Below, piece after piece: positions 59,485-64,000 of a DNA stretch of 64,000 bases (positions are counted from its first letter, which is position 1; every line of letters begins with the position of its first letter). The DNA is from Nitrospirota bacterium (GTDB taxonomy: Bacteria > Nitrospirota > UBA9217). The notes beneath the pieces are model-generated. The model searched no databases. It had not been told where the DNA came from and saw only the letters and a list, made by a program, of their open reading frames with translations. The stretch spans positions 64,001-128,000 of the forward strand of contig CAVUCU010000001.1 of the NCBI GenBank assembly GCA_963740085.1, given 5' to 3'. The translations under genes and the position numbers were made by a program.

Positions 59485-59518
59485 CTTTCTTACTTATGAC
59501 GAGACCGTCATCTTTGTT

Positions 59519-60628
59519 CTAAACAATCTTCTTCCGGAACTTCCTGTTCGCGACTAAGAAGACGATCACGGCAAAGATCAGTAAAAATATCGCGTCGATC
59601 ACGAGGATCCTTACCGGGTTGCCTTTGAGAAAGATCCCTTTCAGCACCGTCACGAAGTATCGCGCCGGGATCAAACGGGAGATCAATTGAAGCGGTATCG
59701 GCATGTTCGAGATGGCGAACATGAATCCCGAGAGGAGGAACGCCGGAAGAAAGGTCCCCACCATCGCGATCTGGCTTGCGACGAGTTGGGACTTCGCCAC
59801 AATGGAAATGACGATGCCGAGCCCAAGAGCGCCAAAAAGAAAGACGCTCGAGACCACGGCGAGAATGAGGACATTGCCCCTCAGGGGCACTTCGAAGAGA
59901 TAAACAGCCATGAGCACGGAAATGACCATATCGATGAGCCCGATGAGGAAATACGGGACCAGTTTTCCGAGGACCACCTCTGACGGTTTCACCGGGGTCG
60001 CGATCAGTTGTTCCATGGTCCCCCGCTCCCATTCCCGCGCAAAGGTAAGCGAGGTGAGAAGAGCGGCGATCACCATCATAATGACCGCTATCAGGCCGGG
60101 GATGATGAAATTCCGCGACTTCAATTCCGGATTGTACCAGACCCGGACCCGGGGGTCGATGAGAGGCGTGGTCTGCCCGCCGGCCACACGCTGACCGTAA
60201 ATGTCGGTGAGCGCCGAAAGATACCCCAGGGCGATCGTCGCGGTATTGGAATCGCTTCCATCCACGATCACCTGGAGCTGTGCAATACCGCCCGATGCGA
60301 TCGTCTTTGCAAAGTCAACCGGTATTGAGACAGCGACTCGCGCTTTTCCTGCATCGAGGTAGGTGTCGATCTCGCGCTGGTCCTGGGCCATCCGAACGAT
60401 CGAGAAGTAACCCGAAGCCGTCAGTTCTGCCGTGAGTTCCCTGCTCACGCTGCTCCTGTCGGCATCGTACACGATCGTCGTGAGATTATTGACGTCAAGG
60501 GTAATGGCATACCCGAAGATGAACAAAAGCAGCACCGGCATGAGGAATGCCATGGCCAGGCTCAGCGGATCACGCCGGATCTGGACGATTTCTTTTTTTG
60601 CGATTGCTTTGATGCGAAGAAATTTCAT
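59519..60628 (-). CDS. ABC-2 type exporter permease (YbhS-like)
   Basis: KEIVQIRRDP, DGSDSN, WYNP and AREWERGTMEQL motifs. Confidence 0.92.
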   Translation of the reverse strand: MKFLRIKAIAKKEIVQIRRDPLSLAMAFLMPVLLLFIFGYAITLDVNNLTTIVYDADRSSVSRELTAELTASGYFSIVRMAQDQREIDTYLDAGKARVAVSIPVDFAKTIASGGIAQLQVIVDGSDSNTATIALGYLSALTDIYGQRVAGGQTTPLIDPRVRVWYNPELKSRNFIIPGLIAVIMMVIAALLTSLTFAREWERGTMEQLIATPVKPSEVVLGKLVPYFLIGLIDMVISVLMAVYLFEVPLRGNVLILAVVSSVFLFGALGLGIVISIVAKSQLVASQIAMVGTFLPAFLLSGFMFAISNMPIPLQLISRLIPARYFVTVLKGIFLKGNPVRILVIDAIFLLIFAVIVFLVANRKFRKKIV

Positions 60629-60641
60629 AGAAACCCGATTT

Positions 60642-60827
60642 CACCACGGAGACACTGAGTCACAGAGAAAACCGAAACGCATTTTCAACAATTAATCAGG
60701 ATGGCACAACTTATGGCTGAGACTTGAGATCACTTTTACGGAGAACTTTTGCGATCTTAAAAACCATTCCCCGTGTTCATCCGTCATTAATCCAAGTCAT
60801 TGCTCCGTGTCTCCGTGCCTCCGTGGT
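60642..60827. repeat. Inverted octamer-repeat arms (CACGGAGR)n flanking about 135 bp
   Basis: ACCACGGAGACACTGAGTCACAGAG versus CTCCGTGTCTCCGTGCCTCCGTGGT; a related half-site lies near 62810-62829. Confidence 0.75.
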
Positions 60828-60841
60828 CGATTATGGCTTTA

Positions 60842-61768
60842 TCACGCTGTCTCGATCAGTGTCACGAATACGTCTTCCAGCGAGGGCACGATCTTGTCTA
60901 CCCTTTGCACGGTGATGTTCTGCTCGCCTAATGTTTTATAGATCAACGGGACCGCCACCTTCGCGTCCTCCACTGTTGCATGGAGCAGACTTCCAAAGAC
61001 AGCGGCCTCGATCCCCTGTTTCTCAAGAAATCCCATCGCCTCGAAAACATGTTCGGCCTCGATTTCAAGGACGTCCCGGGTCATGTAGTTCTTCCGAAGC
61101 TCTTGCGGGGTCCCTGTTGCGATTATTTTACCGCGGTAGATGAGCGCAAGACGGTCGCAGTAATCGGCCTCGTCCATATAGTGGGTCGTAACAAAGACCG
61201 TGGTCCCGGCCCTGGCCATCTCGTAGATCATGTTCCAGAAGTTTCTGCGCGAGATCGGGTCCACGCCGGAGGTGGGCTCGTCAAGGAAAAGGATCGGCGG
61301 CTCATGAAGGATCGCGCATCCGAGCGCAAGCCGCTGCTTATAACCACCCGGCAGGGTCCCGGTGATCGTGCTGCTCATGTCTTTAAGACCCGCCATCTCG
61401 ATGGCCCATGCTTTGCGTGCTTCTCTTTTCGATTCCGGAACGCTGTAGATGCCGCTGAAGAAATTGATGTTCTGCTCGACGGTAAGATCGTCGTAAAGCG
61501 AGAACTTCTGCGACATGTAGCCGATGTTCTGTTTGATGTCTTCGGACCGGGAAATGATGTCGTAGCCGCCCACTGTCCCGGTCCCGCCGGTGGGGAGGAG
61601 AAGTCCGCAGAGCATTTTTATGGTCGTGGACTTGCCCGCGCCGTTCGGACCGAGGAAACCGAAGATCTCACCCTTAGCGACCTCGAGGTCGATGTGATCA
61701 ACCGCGACAAAGTCGCCGAAGGTGCGAGTAAGTTCTTTTACGGTGACGGCAACGTTGCTCTTTACCAT
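60842..61768 (-). CDS. ABC exporter ATP-binding protein (similar to YbhF C-half)
   Basis: GPNGAGKST, LPGGYKQR, LDEPTSGVDP and TTH motifs. Confidence 0.93.
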   Translation of the reverse strand: MVKSNVAVTVKELTRTFGDFVAVDHIDLEVAKGEIFGFLGPNGAGKSTTIKMLCGLLLPTGGTGTVGGYDIISRSEDIKQNIGYMSQKFSLYDDLTVEQNINFFSGIYSVPESKREARKAWAIEMAGLKDMSSTITGTLPGGYKQRLALGCAILHEPPILFLDEPTSGVDPISRRNFWNMIYEMARAGTTVFVTTHYMDEADYCDRLALIYRGKIIATGTPQELRKNYMTRDVLEIEAEHVFEAMGFLEKQGIEAAVFGSLLHATVEDAKVAVPLIYKTLGEQNITVQRVDKIVPSLEDVFVTLIETA

Positions 61769-61769
61769 G

Positions 61770-61877
61770 TTCCTGACTCCCTGAACTCTGAACTTTTAAC
61801 CTTGAACCCTTGCACTGAGAACGACTTGACTCTACAGACTCTAAAAACTCTATGAACTCTATAAACTCTTTAGACTG
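61770..61877. repeat. Heptamer (YTGAACY) and nonamer (ACTCTANRR) tandem repeats
   Basis: CTGAACTCTGAACTTTTAACCTTGAACC and ACTCTACAG ACTCTAAAA ACTCTATGA ACTCTATAA ACTCTTTAG. Confidence 0.75.
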
Positions 61878-62794
61878 CCCCTTTCTTTTTCCACCATCGA
61901 AATGAACACGTCCTCCAGTGAGGGCAGGATCTCCCGGAAATCCTTGACCTCAATGCCTGCATGCTTGAGCTGAACGATGACCTCGGCCGCGTTCATTTTT
62001 TTCTCAAGAGTGATATGCAATCTGTCGCCGTAAAGACTGACGCCATGGACCCCTCCCAGATTCCTTGCCAGCTCCAGGGCTGAACGCGCGTTTTCCGACC
62101 ACACCTCGATCATGGGCAGGTGAAGAGAGTTCCTGATGTTCTTCGGCTCGTCCTCGATCAGGATCTTGCCATTATGCATCAGCCCGATCCGCGTGCATCT
62201 TTCCGCTTCATCGAGATACGCGGTGGATACCAGGATCGACACGCCTGCCTTAAGAAGATCGTACAGTATCTTCCAGAAGTCCCTGCGGGAGACGGGGTCG
62301 ACCCCGTTCGTAGGCTCGTCGAGAAAGAGCACCTCTGGCGTGTGAATAAGCGAGCACGCAAGACCGAGCTTCTGTTTCATCCCGCCCGAAAGCTTTCCCG
62401 CAAGCCGGTCCTTGAAAGGCTCAAGGTTGCTGAATCCGAGCAATCGCTCGATGCGCGGCGGGCGTTCTTTCTTCGACACCTCGTAGAGATCGGCATAGAA
62501 CAGGATGTTCTCCATTACCGTCAGGTCTTCATACAGACCGAACCGCTGGGACATGTAGCCGATCTTTTCCTTGACCAGTTCACCTTCGGTCAGGATCGAA
62601 TGACCCGCTACCCATCCATCACCCGAGGTGGGGTCCATGATAGCGGTCAGGAGCCTCATGGTCGTGCTTTTCCCCGCGCCATCCGGTCCCACCAGGCCGT
62701 ACAACTCGCCTTTGCGGATTTCGAGATTCAAAGCATGAACAGCAATTTTGTCCCCGAAGGATTTTGTGAGATCGGATGTCTTGATCGCGGTCAT
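61859..62794 (-). CDS. ABC exporter ATP-binding protein (similar to YbhF N-half)
   Basis: GPDGAGKST, LSGGMKQK, LDEPTNGVDP and STAYLDE motifs. Confidence 0.93.
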   Translation of the reverse strand: MTAIKTSDLTKSFGDKIAVHALNLEIRKGELYGLVGPDGAGKSTTMRLLTAIMDPTSGDGWVAGHSILTEGELVKEKIGYMSQRFGLYEDLTVMENILFYADLYEVSKKERPPRIERLLGFSNLEPFKDRLAGKLSGGMKQKLGLACSLIHTPEVLFLDEPTNGVDPVSRRDFWKILYDLLKAGVSILVSTAYLDEAERCTRIGLMHNGKILIEDEPKNIRNSLHLPMIEVWSENARSALELARNLGGVHGVSLYGDRLHITLEKKMNAAEVIVQLKHAGIEVKDFREILPSLEDVFISMVEKERGSLKSL

Positions 62795-63086
62795 GGCGGC
62801 ACCTTATGAGCACCGCGGAGACACAGGGAAAAAGCGCGGGGTCCAGGCCGGCGCATGAGAGAGGCGCATTTCCCCTGCCGATCGCGGCTGGACAATGATC
62901 TCCGTCGTGAGCTGATGCATGAGCACGGCCATGGCAATGATGAGTGGATGATTCATGTGAGAGGAAATGGCCAATATAAGAAAACGCATGTCATCTGACC
63001 GCACTGCAACTTCTGCCTGCATCACCAGGTGAGGGCAGCCGGTCGATGCATGACCATTGTTGCGTTGCCATGATCCTCCTATTCAG

Positions 63087-64000
63087 CTAACGATCCGAGT
63101 TCCCCCGTCGCAACAGCTCCAGCAACCGGTCAGGATCGATCGGGCGGGACAAGACGCCCTTGATGCCTAATTCCATGCCGTCCTTTGGGTCCATATCCGA
63201 GGGCTTCTCCGAGAGCATGATGACCGGGATATACACATACCGGATATCGCTTCGAAGCCGTTTCACGGAATTCGCCCAGTCAGGAGAATCATTCACGAGT
63301 ATCGCGTCCGGCTTTTCTTTTCGCGTCTCTTCAACGAGATCTTCCCCCGTGGCGCTCGCCAATACATAGCCTTCCGCTTCGAGGACCTTCCGGATCAGTT
63401 TGCTGTCCGCCTTTGGGACATTATATTCAAGGACCTTGGTCTTCTGCGATCTTTCCCGCTTTCTGAATTCACCATCCGCGGGCTTGTAGGGGATCTTCAT
63501 GATCACCTCATCGACGGTGGTCATCCCCTGTTCTACCATTGTCCAGGCATTTTCAAAAAGCGTCTTCACGCCGGATTCCCTGGCAGCATCCCAGAGAGTA
63601 TCTCCTGTTATGTTCTTTGCCATCAATCTTCTGAGTTTTGTATCCATCTGCAGGAACTCGTAGACCCCGATCTGGCCGCGATATCCCGCGTACTGGCAGG
63701 ACGGGCATCCCTTGCCCTTATAATAGGTCTTGAGATGCGGGAACTTGCTTCTGGCAAGCATCTCCGGCGGTCCTATCTCAACCCTGCAATCAGGACAGAT
63801 CCTGCGCACCAGCCTCTGGGCCAGAATGCCCGTAACGCCCGAGCTGACCAGATATGCATCCAGTCCGATATCCAGCAGCCTTACGATCGTGGCCACTGAA
63901 TCGTTCGTGTGGATGGTGGACAGGACGAGATGGCCTGTCAAGGCTGACCGGATCGCGATCGAGGCTGTTTCAAGGTCCCGTATTTCGCCCACCATGATGA
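63087..64000 (-). CDS. PilB/GspE family secretion ATPase with C-terminal pseudo-receiver domain; 5' end outside the window
   Basis: [32 protein letters not shown] and GC..C...GY.G motifs; REC-like tail. Confidence 0.9.
   Translation of the reverse strand, partial: IMVGEIRDLETASIAIRSALTGHLVLSTIHTNDSVATIVRLLDIGLDAYLVSSGVTGILAQRLVRRICPDCRVEIGPPEMLARSKFPHLKTYYKGKGCPSCQYAGYRGQIGVYEFLQMDTKLRRLMAKNITGDTLWDAARESGVKTLFENAWTMVEQGMTTVDEVIMKIPYKPADGEFRKRERSQKTKVLEYNVPKADSKLIRKVLEAEGYVLASATGEDLVEETRKEKPDAILVNDSPDWANSVKRLRSDIRYVYIPVIMLSEKPSDMDPKDGMELGIKGVLSRPIDPDRLLELLRRGNSDR

Noticed and set aside
60980-62809. Long antisense ORFs (also 9271-9936, 10414-11157, 31400-32089, 37976-38683)
   Set aside because: Shadow ORFs opposite well-supported genes, expected from codon bias at this GC content.
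62804-63071. Small gene after the pilB-like ATPase
   Set aside because: Good SD and ATG at 63071, but the frame stops after 26 codons; it may be frameshifted and no product can be supported.

Overview
Gene-dense bacterial chromosomal window of roughly mid-50s % GC (estimated by eye). Gene content and order (futalosine mqnA, fur-feoB-dtxR/feoA, rrf2-ccoNOQP, protoglobin-PsiE) suggest Nitrospirota or a Desulfobacterota-like lineage; this is an inference. From left to right it holds: an orphan TolC and a CoxG-like gene; a candidate sphingolipid/ceramide cluster (CerR-like SDR, SPT, bCerS-like GNAT, CTP-type lipid kinase, plus a convergent Aur1/IPC-synthase-like PAP2 gene); CDF, mqnA and TetR-TolC-RND; a cbb3 oxidase operon with assembly genes and an embedded guanine-deaminase-like gene; fur-feoB-dtxR/feoA with Fur boxes; AKR and a hybrid kinase; four envelope genes resembling FlgP/FlgO/FlgT/CsgG plus a TPR-SLH lipoprotein; housekeeping genes from comF to prmA; a cytochrome c-CopD-cytochrome b5 fusion; a hybrid kinase lacking its H-box; a ferredoxin/protoglobin-PsiE/CBS/HPP module; a YbhFSR-like ABC exporter; and a partial PilB/GspE-REC gene. 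Intergenic DNA is full of 7-, 8- and 9-mer tandem repeats, often in inverted arms, and REP-like palindromes. Local clusters of frameshifts (about 4.0-6.1 kb, 28.1-28.4 kb, 55.5 kb, 57.3 kb) look like consensus errors. I found no rRNA, tRNA, CRISPR array, transposase or integrase.
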